Assembly (NCBI GenBank): GCA_046154665.1
Contig: JBJXFG010000086.1
Span: 1,695-65,694, forward strand
Direction: 5' to 3'
DNA: 64,000 bases
Source: Phycisphaerales bacterium
GTDB taxonomy: Bacteria > Planctomycetota > Phycisphaerae > Phycisphaerales > UBA1924
This document shows positions 1-12,056 of this stretch, in pieces. The translations under genes and the position numbers were made by a program. Within the stretch, counting starts at the first letter, position 1. Each line of letters opens with the position of its first letter. A model generated the notes under the pieces. The model was not told where the DNA came from. It made no database searches and saw nothing but the letters and a program-made list of their open reading frames with translations.

Positions 1-1783
1 CGGCACCGCTCGAGAGATGGTCCTTGCCCTGGTCGTTGAGGTAGTAGGCCAGCAGCGAGCCGTCCATGTCGGGCCGGGTCCAACGCAGGTCGGTGCCGAT
101 GCCGACGCCGCGCGAGATGTACCAATCGAGGAGCAAGTCCCAGCGGCTGCCTTCGGGGGCGTTGAGGCCCAGCAGCGTGTACATATCCCACACGGTGCGG
201 ACGACGCTGGTGCTCGACACGCTCTCGAACTCGATGCGGCGCAGCGGACTGGGCTTGAACTCGCCCGAGACTTTCGGCACATACGCGAGCGGCACGCCGC
301 CGGCGGTGAACACCAGATCACGCGCCTCGTAGGTGTTGAACGCGCGGCCCTCGCCCGAGGTGTCGCGCGTCACCGTTACGCTTGAAGCACCGATGGCGAA
401 GTGCGGCTCGGCGAAGCTCACGTTGGCGAGTGTGGCCTTCTCCGCCGTGAACTCCTGCAGCGAGCGCTGCCGCAGCACGTCGGCACGCAGATAGAGCGGC
501 ATGCCGCGCTCCTGGTCGTAGGTCCAAAAGACGGCGTCGAGCACCACGGCGCTGTTGCGCGACACGTCGTAGTACATCCGGCTGCCGCGCAGCACATATT
601 GATCGGGCTGGAACCCCGCGGCGGCGGCGTCGGGGCGCGTCCGCACCGAGACCTGCGCGTCGCCTTCGAGATAGATGCCCAGCACGTCACCCTGCGAGAA
701 CTTCATCCCGGCGTCGGCCCCCTCCCCCCCGCCGGGTGCTCTTGCAAGAAACACCACGGCCCGCGCCGCTTCGAGCAGCACGCTCTGACGACGGCCGAGG
801 GTTTCGTACTGCACCGTGACCCCGCCGTTGAGCATGAGTGCGCGGGTCGCGCCGGTCTTGGCGGCGTCGGACGCGGGGTCGATCTCGACGAGCTTGGGGT
901 TCGGCGAATAGAACTCGATCACGCCCTCTCGGGCGATGATCGGCGCGGTGCGAACGGCGATCGGCGAGCCGCCGCGGGCGCTCCGCGTGTCCACGCTGAG
1001 ATCGCGCCCGCCGGGGCCGGTGGGCGGGGCCCCCACCGCTTCGGGCAGCGGGCCGGCGTCGCTCTGCGTGGCGCGATCCGCGCCCCGGATGGTCGGGCCG
1101 CTCCACACAGCGCGGGAAGGATCGGCGGCGGCGCGGGCCCGCTCGTCCTGCCTCGCGGTGACATCCGCGAGATAGCGAGCCAGCCGAATCTCGCCCTCGG
1201 TGACGAACGGGTCCGACGGCCGCGCGTCGCGCATCGGGACGTCGACGGCGACGGTGGTCGGCGCGTTCGCATCGGTGACCACCAGCGCCGTGACCAGCAA
1301 CCGCGCCGCCTGCTGGCTGAGCCACGGGCCGGAGGGCGACGGCGTGCCGTCAACTTCGAGTTCGCCCGGGCCGGCGGGGTCGCGCGCGTTTTCGAGATAG
1401 AGCGCGAGCTGCTCGCCCGCGACGCCGTTGATGGTGACCGGTTCGAGCCATACCGAGGCGCGATCAGCGACGAAGCGGTACGGCCCGACGTTGATGCGGA
1501 CGTCTTTCTCAAAGAAGAGCCGACTGCACACGCCGCCGTTGCCTTCGCGCCACGACCACCCGCGCATGCCGGAGAAGGAGAGCGCAAGGCGCTGCGGCGT
1601 GGCGGGCAGTTCGATTCCGCCAAAGTCACGCCCGGTGAAGGCCGCGTCGGTGTCGGTGTTGCCAGCGATTTCGGGCTGGGCGATCAGCACGCTCGCGGGC
1701 GCGCCGCACAGCGAGACGAGGGCCGCCGCGCCGAGGGCCATCGGCACGCGGGCGGCGTGTCGGCGGAATGCGGCGGTCGGCAT
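1..1783 (-). CDS. LptD/OstA-like outer-membrane LPS-assembly protein, N-terminal ~594 aa (3' end beyond left window edge)
   Basis: Absent from the ORF track because it has no stop inside the window. My translation of the minus strand from ATG 1783..1781 stays open to position 2. It starts with a signal-peptide-like MPTAAFRRHAARVPMALGAAALVSLCGAPASVLIAQ. Later blocks are RMYYDVSRNSAVVLDAVFWTYDQERGMPLYLRADVL, ANVSFAEPHFAIGASSVTVT, LVFTAGGVPLAYVPKVSGEF and LLLDWYISRGVGIGTDLRW. These follow the block order I remember for LptD. Family call is from memory only. Confidence 0.5.
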   Translation of the reverse strand, partial: MPTAAFRRHAARVPMALGAAALVSLCGAPASVLIAQPEIAGNTDTDAAFTGRDFGGIELPATPQRLALSFSGMRGWSWREGNGGVCSRLFFEKDVRINVGPYRFVADRASVWLEPVTINGVAGEQLALYLENARDPAGPGELEVDGTPSPSGPWLSQQAARLLVTALVVTDANAPTTVAVDVPMRDARPSDPFVTEGEIRLARYLADVTARQDERARAAADPSRAVWSGPTIRGADRATQSDAGPLPEAVGAPPTGPGGRDLSVDTRSARGGSPIAVRTAPIIAREGVIEFYSPNPKLVEIDPASDAAKTGATRALMLNGGVTVQYETLGRRQSVLLEAARAVVFLARAPGGGEGADAGMKFSQGDVLGIYLEGDAQVSVRTRPDAAAAGFQPDQYVLRGSRMYYDVSRNSAVVLDAVFWTYDQERGMPLYLRADVLRQRSLQEFTAEKATLANVSFAEPHFAIGASSVTVTRDTSGEGRAFNTYEARDLVFTAGGVPLAYVPKVSGEFKPSPLRRIEFESVSSTSVVRTVWDMYTLLGLNAPEGSRWDLLLDWYISRGVGIGTDLRWTRPDMDGSLLAYYLNDQGKDHLSSGA

Positions 1784-1879
1784 CGGAGAAAAAGTGCCCA
1801 TTGAGCGCGGCGATCGTAAAGGGGGGTGGGAGTCTCCACAAGTGACGGAGCGTGTCCCCTCGGACCTACACTGACGCCG

Positions 1880-2653
1880 ATGCAGACGAAAGAGGAGATC
1901 GCCCGGAACTGGCTCCCGCGGTACACCGGCATGCCCGTCGCCAAGATGGGGCAGTACATCCTGCTGACGAACTTCCGGTACTACGTCGAGCAGTTCGCGC
2001 GGCGCTTCAGCTGCGACATCGAGGGCGAGAACCGCCCCATGCAGGCCGCCACCAACAACGCCGGGCTGACCATCATCAACTTCGGCATCGGCTCGCCAAA
2101 CGCCGCCACCATCATGGACCTGCTCTCAGTCGCCCACCCCAAGGGCGTGCTGTTCCTGGGCAAGTGCGGCGGGCTCAAGAAGAGCACCGAGCTCGGGCAC
2201 TTCATCCTCCCCATCGCCGCGGTGCGCGGCGAGGGCACCAGCGACGACTATCTCGACAGGCAGGTGCCGGCGCTGCCGTCGTTCAAGCTGCACAAGTTCG
2301 TTTCCGAGAAGATCGTCGCCCGGCACCTCGAATACCGCACCGGCGTCGTCTACACGACCAACCGGCGCGTCTGGGAGCACGACCAGAAGTTCCTCAAGCA
2401 CCTGGGGGAACTCACCTGCATCGCCATCGACATGGAAACGGCGACGATCTTCATCGTCGGCCACGCCAACCAGATCGCCCGCGGCGCCCTGCTGCTGGTC
2501 AGCGATACGCCGCACACCCCCGAGGGCATCAAGACCGAGCAAATGGACGCGATGGTGACGCAGAAGTGGACCGACACGCATCTTGACATCGGCATCGAAG
2601 CGATGACCGACATCGGTGTCAAAGGCGAGCACATCAAGCACTTTGTGTATTGA
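1880..2653 (+). CDS. amn: AMP nucleosidase, short form (PNP/UDP phosphorylase fold)
   Basis: ORF 1826..2653; internal ATG at 1880 (MQTKEEIARNW). LLTNFRYYVEQFARRF, FGIGSPNAATIMDLL, LGKCGGL and IAIDMETATI match the C-terminal catalytic domain of E. coli Amn as I recall it. Confidence 0.8.
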   Translation: MQTKEEIARNWLPRYTGMPVAKMGQYILLTNFRYYVEQFARRFSCDIEGENRPMQAATNNAGLTIINFGIGSPNAATIMDLLSVAHPKGVLFLGKCGGLKKSTELGHFILPIAAVRGEGTSDDYLDRQVPALPSFKLHKFVSEKIVARHLEYRTGVVYTTNRRVWEHDQKFLKHLGELTCIAIDMETATIFIVGHANQIARGALLLVSDTPHTPEGIKTEQMDAMVTQKWTDTHLDIGIEAMTDIGVKGEHIKHFVY

Positions 2654-2687
2654 GGGCAGTGGGCAGTGGGCAGTCGGGAGTGGGGGG
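2654..2687. repeat. Tandem heptamers GGGCAGT x3 + CGGGAGT (GGGAGTC family)
   Basis: gggcagtgggcagtgggcagtcgggagtgggggg, between the convergent amn and nadA genes. Confidence 0.8.
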
Positions 2688-2701
2688 CGACGCACGCGTG
2701 A

Positions 2702-3892
2702 TCACGCCGCCTCTTCGGCCGGGCGGTTCGAGAGGTGCAGCATCCGGTTCAGCGCATCGAGTGCCGGACCGCGTGCCTCGTCGTGCACCGTCACGCGGTT
2801 CACCACCTTGCCCTTCACGAGGTTGTCGAGCGCCCACGCCAGGTGCGGCTGGTCGATTCGGTACATGGTGGTGCAGAGGCACTGGCAATCCGAGAGGATG
2901 TGGACCGACACCCCGCGGGCCGCCGCCGCTCTGGCGAGCCGGTTGACAAGGTGAATCTCGGTGCCGACGAACCACGTCGACCCCGGTCGGGCCTCGTTGA
3001 TGGTTCGGATGATGAACTCGGTCGAGCCGTTCGTGTCGGCCAGGTCGACCACTTCCTTGCAGCACTCGGGGTGCACGAGGATCGTCGCCCCGGGGTGAAT
3101 CTCGCGCACCTCGCGGCAGTGCTCCGGTCTGAACAGCTTGTGCACCGAGCAGTGCCCGGCCCACAGAATCACGCTCGAACGCAGCAACGCCTCGGGCGTC
3201 GATCCGCCCAGCGCTTCGCCACGCCGCGCCAGACGCGGGTCGTACAGCGTGGTGTCCTTCTCGGAGTCCAGTCCGTGCTTCACGGCGGTGTTGCGCCCGA
3301 GGTGCTGGTCGGGCAGGAACAGCAGCTTGATTCGCTCGCCCTTCTTCTTGGTCGCGGTCCCACCCGCCATCGCCCAGGTAAACACCTCCGCCGCGTTCGA
3401 AGACGTGCAGCAGATGCCGCCGTTCTTGCCGACGAACGCCTTGATCGCCGCCGACGAGTTGATGTAGGTGATGGGGATGACGCGGCCCTTGAACCCCTGT
3501 TCTTTGAGCGATTCGTGGATCGCGTCCCACGCCTGCAGCGCGTCGTCATACTGCGCCATGTCGGCCATCGAGCAACCCGCGGAGAGATCGGGCAGGATCA
3601 CGCTCGTGCCCGCCGGTGCCAGCAGGTCGGCGGATTCGGCCATGAAATGAACGCCGCAGAAAATGACGTACTGGGCCCCCTGCGACTTCACCCGCTCGGC
3701 GGCGAGCTGCGAGAGCTTCAGCGAATCCCCCGTGAAATCCGCGTGCCGGATCACCTCATCGGCCTGGTAATGGTGCCCGAGGATGACCAGCTTGCTCCCG
3801 AGCTCACGGCGCCGCAAAGAGATGATCTCGGCGAGCTGCTCGGGGCTCGCTTTGGTATAGGTCTCGGGGAGCGTCGGTTGCCAGTGCTGCAC
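2702..3892 (-). CDS. nadA: Quinolinate synthase
   Basis: 396-aa ORF with a GTG start. It contains LVILGHHYQADEVIRHADFTGDSLKLS, FCGVHFMAESADLL and three Cys-containing blocks typical of NadA. Confidence 0.9.
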   Translation of the reverse strand: MQHWQPTLPETYTKASPEQLAEIISLRRRELGSKLVILGHHYQADEVIRHADFTGDSLKLSQLAAERVKSQGAQYVIFCGVHFMAESADLLAPAGTSVILPDLSAGCSMADMAQYDDALQAWDAIHESLKEQGFKGRVIPITYINSSAAIKAFVGKNGGICCTSSNAAEVFTWAMAGGTATKKKGERIKLLFLPDQHLGRNTAVKHGLDSEKDTTLYDPRLARRGEALGGSTPEALLRSSVILWAGHCSVHKLFRPEHCREVREIHPGATILVHPECCKEVVDLADTNGSTEFIIRTINEARPGSTWFVGTEIHLVNRLARAAAARGVSVHILSDCQCLCTTMYRIDQPHLAWALDNLVKGKVVNRVTVHDEARGPALDALNRMLHLSNRPAEEAA

Positions 3893-3935
3893 GGGGGATG
3901 GTAGAGGCCATCACGGGCGGTGTTCATGAAGACAG

Positions 3936-3968
3936 TTCACCGCGGAGACGCGGAGAGCGCGGAGGCAG
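3936..3968. repeat. Copy of the ~33-nt TTCAMCGCGGAGA-(N)CGCGGAGAG-CGCGGAGG repeat
   Basis: ttcaccgcggagacgcggagagcgcggaggcag. Related copies lie at 42966, 50721, 56582, 56762-56851 (reverse) and 59813 (reverse), with a degenerate one at 19119. Confidence 0.8.
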
Positions 3969-4021
3969 GAAATGTGGTTGAGTCTGATCCACGCCGACGC
4001 CGGCCCCGCATCCCATCGTTG

Positions 4022-4219
4022 TCACGTCACGCTCGTGACCAATCGGATCGCGCAAGGCGGCGTGGCGTCTTCCGCGAAGTGACACCGCACCGCGTCGCGC
4101 ACATTCTCGCGAAGGAGGTCCAACGTATCCCCCTGCGTGAAGATCGACGAACCCACCGCCTGGGCGGTAAACCCGCCTTCGGGGTCGTTTTCGACGACAA
4201 AGATGATCTCGGTTGCCAT
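4022..4219 (-). CDS. HicB-like antitoxin family small protein (often mis-annotated as 2-oxoisovalerate dehydrogenase)
   Basis: 65-aa [63 protein letters not shown]. It closely follows the consensus of the ~70-aa HicB/UPF0150-like family. It overlaps the spurious 5' extension of ORF 3920..8017. Confidence 0.6.
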   Translation of the reverse strand: MATEIIFVVENDPEGGFTAQAVGSSIFTQGDTLDLLRENVRDAVRCHFAEDATPPCAIRLVTSVT

Positions 4220-4354
4220 TGTGTAATTGTAGGAAGACGCCGCCGCGCGCGCCGAGCGATCCCGAGTCTCTCTCTTGAAAGCAGCCGAGCGCTATGCGAC
4301 CATCGCGTTCGGCCTCCCGACCCCCTCGGCCTCAAGCACCACCTCGGCTCCACC

Positions 4355-8017
<3,663 letters not shown>

Positions 8018-8146
8018 CTTACTTGGTGCCACGATGCTCCGCCTCGGAGCGTCGTGCTCCCCGCCTTCGATCCCGACCCCCACCCCCAGCGCGACGCTGT
8101 TGCGGACAACAGCATCGTGGCACAAGAATGACCGCCGCGCGCGACC

Positions 8147-9904
8147 CTACTTCACCCAAATCGCCCGCAGCGCCGCATCCAAAGGATCAGCCTCAATCCC
8201 CATCTTCTCATTCACACGGTCCACAATCGCCATGCCGTCGCGCACATCCTGCTCTGAGCCCGTCTGCCACCCCAGGTACGTCAGCAGCAACCCGGCGTCC
8301 CGCGCCAGCAGCGTGTCGCGCGTCGAGCGGGCCCGCAGCTGCGCCCGCACCGTCTCCAACCGCGCGCCCCGCGGCAGCAGCTTCTGGTCATATTTCGCCG
8401 CGATCAGCTCGGGGTACGCGCGGAACAGGTTCCGCAGATTCAGCGCCGCGGAGATGTACATGCCCGCGGCGATCTGCGCGTGCACGCGCCCCGCCGCCGC
8501 CATGGGGTCGCCCTCGTGCAGCGACAAGGCCAGCGCGAATCGCTCCTCGGCGTCGAACCAGCGACCGTCGGCCAAGTGCTGCTCGCCCTTGGTCATGTGG
8601 GCCGCGAAGAACTCGTCGGTGCTCATCTTGGGCTTGAGGCTGGCGATGGTCTCCGGCGTGCCGACGAGCCGCTTGGCGTCGTCGATGGCCTGTCGGATTC
8701 GCGCGTCGCGCTGCGCCTTGCTTCCCGCGACCATCTCTTCGGGATCGACGGCCTTTCGCGTTGTTTCCGTGGGCTTTTCGTCGATGCCGGGGATCAACTG
8801 GGCGGGCTCTTTCGTGAGCCTGTCACGGTTGTCCGTCACGCGGTCGCCCTCAAGGTCGCTGCCGGAAAGCACCTCGCGGAGGCGATCAAGCCGCGCATCG
8901 AACGAGTCCGGGTCCTTCTTCTCCGCGCTCGCCTCCGCACCATCGAGCGCCTTGGGCACCTCGATGCCCGGCAGCCCGGCCTTTTCGCGCTGCTCCGCCG
9001 TCAGCTCCGTCGGCGTGCCCAGCGTGTTGACGCTGGTGTCGAGCGGGTTGGCGTTCACCTGCCCGTTCACGCGTGTCTCGAGCTGCTTGCGGAACGAATC
9101 GAAGGGCGAAACAAACTCCGGCAGTGAAGCCCCCGTCTTCTCACCCGCCGCCTCGGTGAGCGCCTTGCTCTCCGCCGCGGCAATCTGGTCCGGAGTCTGG
9201 AACCCCGTCACCGGCCGAGGGGTGAAGCCGAACACCGCGTTCCGCTGCGGAATCGACCGCACGCCCTGCAGCGGCGAAGCGATGAGGAACTTCTGATCGT
9301 TCTCTGACGCGCTCTCGGGGCGCGATTCATACGCCAGCACGGTGGGACGGCCCGAGTCGCGCAGCAGGCCGTTGCTCGTCGAACGGAGCGAGCCCGAACC
9401 CAGCCGCGTCATCGGATCGATGCGGTTGCGGTTGGCGAGCTGGTCGGTGCTGAGCTGGTTGGCCGTGATGCCGGCACTGGAGCGCTGCACGATGAGGTCG
9501 TTCGACCCGAGCGACCGAGTCTGCCCGCCGGTGGCGAAGTTGAACTGATCCTGCACCGACGAGATGCCGCGGATGTTGAGGGTGGCGAGCCCGGAGTAGT
9601 CCGAATCGCGCCGGAAGTTGAAGAACTGGTCGGTGCCGGTGGTCGAGCGGAAATCATCGGCGGCGCGATAGCCGATGTCGCCGCGGAACGACAGCCCCGC
9701 GCCGGCGTTGCCGGTCACGATCGCGTTGCGGAACGCGAGCTCCTTCTTGATGTCACGCCCCGCGGCATTCCGCCGGTTGCCCACCTGCAGGTTGGCGTCC
9801 AGCGCGTTGCCCGAGCCCAGCGCATTCTGCGCCAGCGCCGGCGGCGCAACCAACGCCGACCCGGAAATCCCCACGACGACAGTGGCCAACAGGGTGCGGT
9901 TCAT
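8147..9904 (-). CDS. Secreted hypothetical protein with TPR-like C-terminus
   Basis: ORF 8147..10075. ATG at 9904 gives the signal peptide MNRTLLATVVVGISGSALVAPPALAQ. The upstream ORF extension is repeat DNA. No family recognised. Confidence 0.6.
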   Translation of the reverse strand: MNRTLLATVVVGISGSALVAPPALAQNALGSGNALDANLQVGNRRNAAGRDIKKELAFRNAIVTGNAGAGLSFRGDIGYRAADDFRSTTGTDQFFNFRRDSDYSGLATLNIRGISSVQDQFNFATGGQTRSLGSNDLIVQRSSAGITANQLSTDQLANRNRIDPMTRLGSGSLRSTSNGLLRDSGRPTVLAYESRPESASENDQKFLIASPLQGVRSIPQRNAVFGFTPRPVTGFQTPDQIAAAESKALTEAAGEKTGASLPEFVSPFDSFRKQLETRVNGQVNANPLDTSVNTLGTPTELTAEQREKAGLPGIEVPKALDGAEASAEKKDPDSFDARLDRLREVLSGSDLEGDRVTDNRDRLTKEPAQLIPGIDEKPTETTRKAVDPEEMVAGSKAQRDARIRQAIDDAKRLVGTPETIASLKPKMSTDEFFAAHMTKGEQHLADGRWFDAEERFALALSLHEGDPMAAAGRVHAQIAAGMYISAALNLRNLFRAYPELIAAKYDQKLLPRGARLETVRAQLRARSTRDTLLARDAGLLLTYLGWQTGSEQDVRDGMAIVDRVNEKMGIEADPLDAALRAIWVK

Positions 9905-9950
9905 GGGCAATCCTATCGGCATGACAGGACCGGGGATGCACACATCAACA

Positions 9951-9975
9951 GAACCCCGACCGTCAGGGAGGGGCC
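9951..9975. repeat. 25-nt dispersed repeat gaaccccgaccgtcagggaggggcc
   Basis: Identical 25-mer at 20531..20555. Here it is followed by gtcgggg, which can pair with ccccgac. Confidence 0.85.
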
Positions 9976-9986
9976 GTCGGGGGAAA

Positions 9987-10057
9987 GTGGTCAAGTGGTC
10001 GAGTGGTCGAGTGGTCAAGTGCTCGTGTGGCATTCCGGCACTTGACCACTTGACCAC
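9987..10057. repeat. Inverted arrays of octamer AGTGGTCR (hairpin-forming)
   Basis: agtggtcaagtggtcgagtggtcgagtggtcaagtg, then an 18-nt loop, then acttgaccacttgaccac. It lies in the gap between ade and the downstream gene. Confidence 0.85.
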
Positions 10058-10071
10058 GTCCCCCGCCCCCC

Positions 10072-11862
10072 TCACCCCACCACCACCGCCACCACCTCAA
10101 ACCGCTCCACATCCACCAGCCCAAGATCGCTCAGCTTCAACCTCGGAATCACCGGCAGCGGCAGAAAACTCAGCGGCATGAACGGGTCCGCATGCGGGCA
10201 TCCCAGCCCTCGCGTCGCCTCGTGCAGCGCGTGCTGCCGCGCGATCAGCTCGGGCGCGGGCCAGTCGCTCATCAATCCGGCGATGGGCAACGGCAGCACC
10301 GCCAGCGCGCGGCCCCCTCGGACCGCGCACTGGCCCCCGCCGCAGTCCGCCAGCGCGCGGGCGGCGACGAGCATGTCCTCATCGTTGTCGCCCACCACGG
10401 CGAGGTTGTGCGCATCGTGCCCGACGGTGCTGGCGATCGCCCCGTTCGAGAATCCGAAGCCCTTCACAAACCCCAGGCCGATGTTCCCGCTGCCGCGGTG
10501 GCGCTCGATGACGGCGAGTTTCAGGATGTCGCGCCCCCGCCCATCGCCCGAAACCGGGTCGGCCACGATCACGCCGCCCTCGACGCGGGCGGCTTCGACG
10601 AGATGCTCGGTGACGATCTGCCGCGGGTCCATGCCGATGACGCGGATGCGGCATCCTTGCGTGGACGCGCCCGCCGGAGCGGGCACGCGGAAACTCGACG
10701 CCGAGAGCGAGCCCGGCAACGTGACCCCCCCACCGCACGGGCGTGTGACAGCCCGCGGCGAACTCAGACTCGCGCCGTCCTCCGCCACCAGAACCCCGGC
10801 GCTATACGTCTGCCGCGGAACGAAAGAACCGAGATCATCAAACACGACAAAGTCCGCATGCCGCCCCGGCGCGATCGCGCCAAGATCGGCACGCCGATAG
10901 TGCTCGGCGGTGTTGAGCGTGCCCAGCGTGATCGCCGTCACCGGGTCGAGCCCGCCCTCGATCGCCAGCCGCACGACATGATCGATGTGCCCCTCGCGCA
11001 GCAGGTCGGCGGGGTGCCGGTCGTCGGTGCAGAAGCAGAACCTCGACTTGGTGGCGGGCGTCACCAGCGGCAGCATCGCCTCAAGGTTTCGCGCCGCCGA
11101 GCCCTGGCGGATGAACACCCGCATCCCCAGCCGCAGTTTCTCGCGGGCCTCGTCGGCGCTGGTGCACTCGTGATCCGACGAAATCCCCGCCGAGACGTAG
11201 GCTTGCAAGCGAGGGCCCGACAGCCGCGGCGCGTGCCCGTCGACGATGCGCCGCGCCAGCCCCAGCCCGACCTTCGCGAGCACCGAAGCGTCGCCGTTGA
11301 CCACGCCGGGGAAGTTCATCATCTCAGCGAGCGCGACCACCTCGGTGCCGTCCGCGTCGGCGTTGTCAAACAGAGTTCGCAGGTCGTCCACCTCGAGCCG
11401 GGCCCCGCTCGTCTCCAAATGGCACGACGGCACGCACGACGACACAGCCCACAAGAACCGCACGGGTGCCCCGCGCCCGTTCTCCATCATCCACCGGATG
11501 CCCGGCGCGCCCAGCACATTGGCAATCTCGTGCGGGTCGGCGACCACGCTCGCCGTGCCGTGAGCCGACGCCAGCCCCGCAAACGTGCTCGGCGGCATCA
11601 TCGTGCTCTCGACGTGCATGTGCGCATCGATCAGCCCGGGGCACACGAACGCGCCCTTCAGGTCGATGGTCTTCACCGCGCTGGCACCCGGCGGCAGCGT
11701 GAACACGTTCGCAAACCGCCCCCGCGACACCGAAAACGCACCCGGAATCACTTCCCCGCCGAACACATCAACGATCCGAGCGTTCACGAACACCGCATCG
11801 GCGGGAGCATCACCCCGGCACACGGCGAGCAGTTCAGGCGACGGGATCGGCGGCGTGGGCAT
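10072..11862 (-). CDS. ade: Adenine deaminase
   Basis: GLIDAHMHVESTMMPPSTFA, ADPHEIANVLG and the overall ~600-aa layout match adenine deaminase. The start is ATG 11862 or GTG 11892. Confidence 0.85.
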   Translation of the reverse strand: MPTPPIPSPELLAVCRGDAPADAVFVNARIVDVFGGEVIPGAFSVSRGRFANVFTLPPGASAVKTIDLKGAFVCPGLIDAHMHVESTMMPPSTFAGLASAHGTASVVADPHEIANVLGAPGIRWMMENGRGAPVRFLWAVSSCVPSCHLETSGARLEVDDLRTLFDNADADGTEVVALAEMMNFPGVVNGDASVLAKVGLGLARRIVDGHAPRLSGPRLQAYVSAGISSDHECTSADEAREKLRLGMRVFIRQGSAARNLEAMLPLVTPATKSRFCFCTDDRHPADLLREGHIDHVVRLAIEGGLDPVTAITLGTLNTAEHYRRADLGAIAPGRHADFVVFDDLGSFVPRQTYSAGVLVAEDGASLSSPRAVTRPCGGGVTLPGSLSASSFRVPAPAGASTQGCRIRVIGMDPRQIVTEHLVEAARVEGGVIVADPVSGDGRGRDILKLAVIERHRGSGNIGLGFVKGFGFSNGAIASTVGHDAHNLAVVGDNDEDMLVAARALADCGGGQCAVRGGRALAVLPLPIAGLMSDWPAPELIARQHALHEATRGLGCPHADPFMPLSFLPLPVIPRLKLSDLGLVDVERFEVVAVVVG

Positions 11863-11928
11863 CGGCGCAGGGTACCCACATCCAGCGGGCACCGAACTCG
11901 CCGCGCCTCACGCGAGACGCCCGACACA

Positions 11929-12015
11929 CCAGCCCCGAGCGTCAGCGAACTGGTCAGATTCGCTCGCCACCACAACGCCTTCAACAACCCGTCGCTCACG
12001 CTCCGGGCTCGTTGG
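11929..12015. repeat. REP-like inverted pair (same family as 5279..5385)
   Basis: ccagccccgagcgtcagcgaactggt ... cccgtcgctcacgctccgggctcgttgg, upstream of ade. Confidence 0.8.
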
Positions 12016-12056
12016 CCGCGCCTCTCGGTGGACGATCGCACGCAACAATCCAGGCC

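Noticed and set aside
3893-4021. Search for a HicA toxin ORF next to the HicB-like gene, also tried in 4220..4354.
   Set aside because: No frame gives more than ~30 codons. The sequence is a dispersed repeat plus the nadA upstream region.
3920-4354. 5' extension of the kinase ORF (first 145 codons of ORF 3920..8017).
   Set aside because: It runs through a CGCGGAGA repeat and is antisense to the well-matching HicB-like ORF, and its composition is Arg-rich. ATG 4355 gives a normal kinase N-terminus.
9905-10075. N-terminal extension of ORF 8147..10075 (MRGAGDVVKWSSAGM...HLTTRPLDHLTT...).
   Set aside because: It is a translation of the octamer hairpin and the 25-nt repeat. A clean signal peptide starts at ATG 9904.
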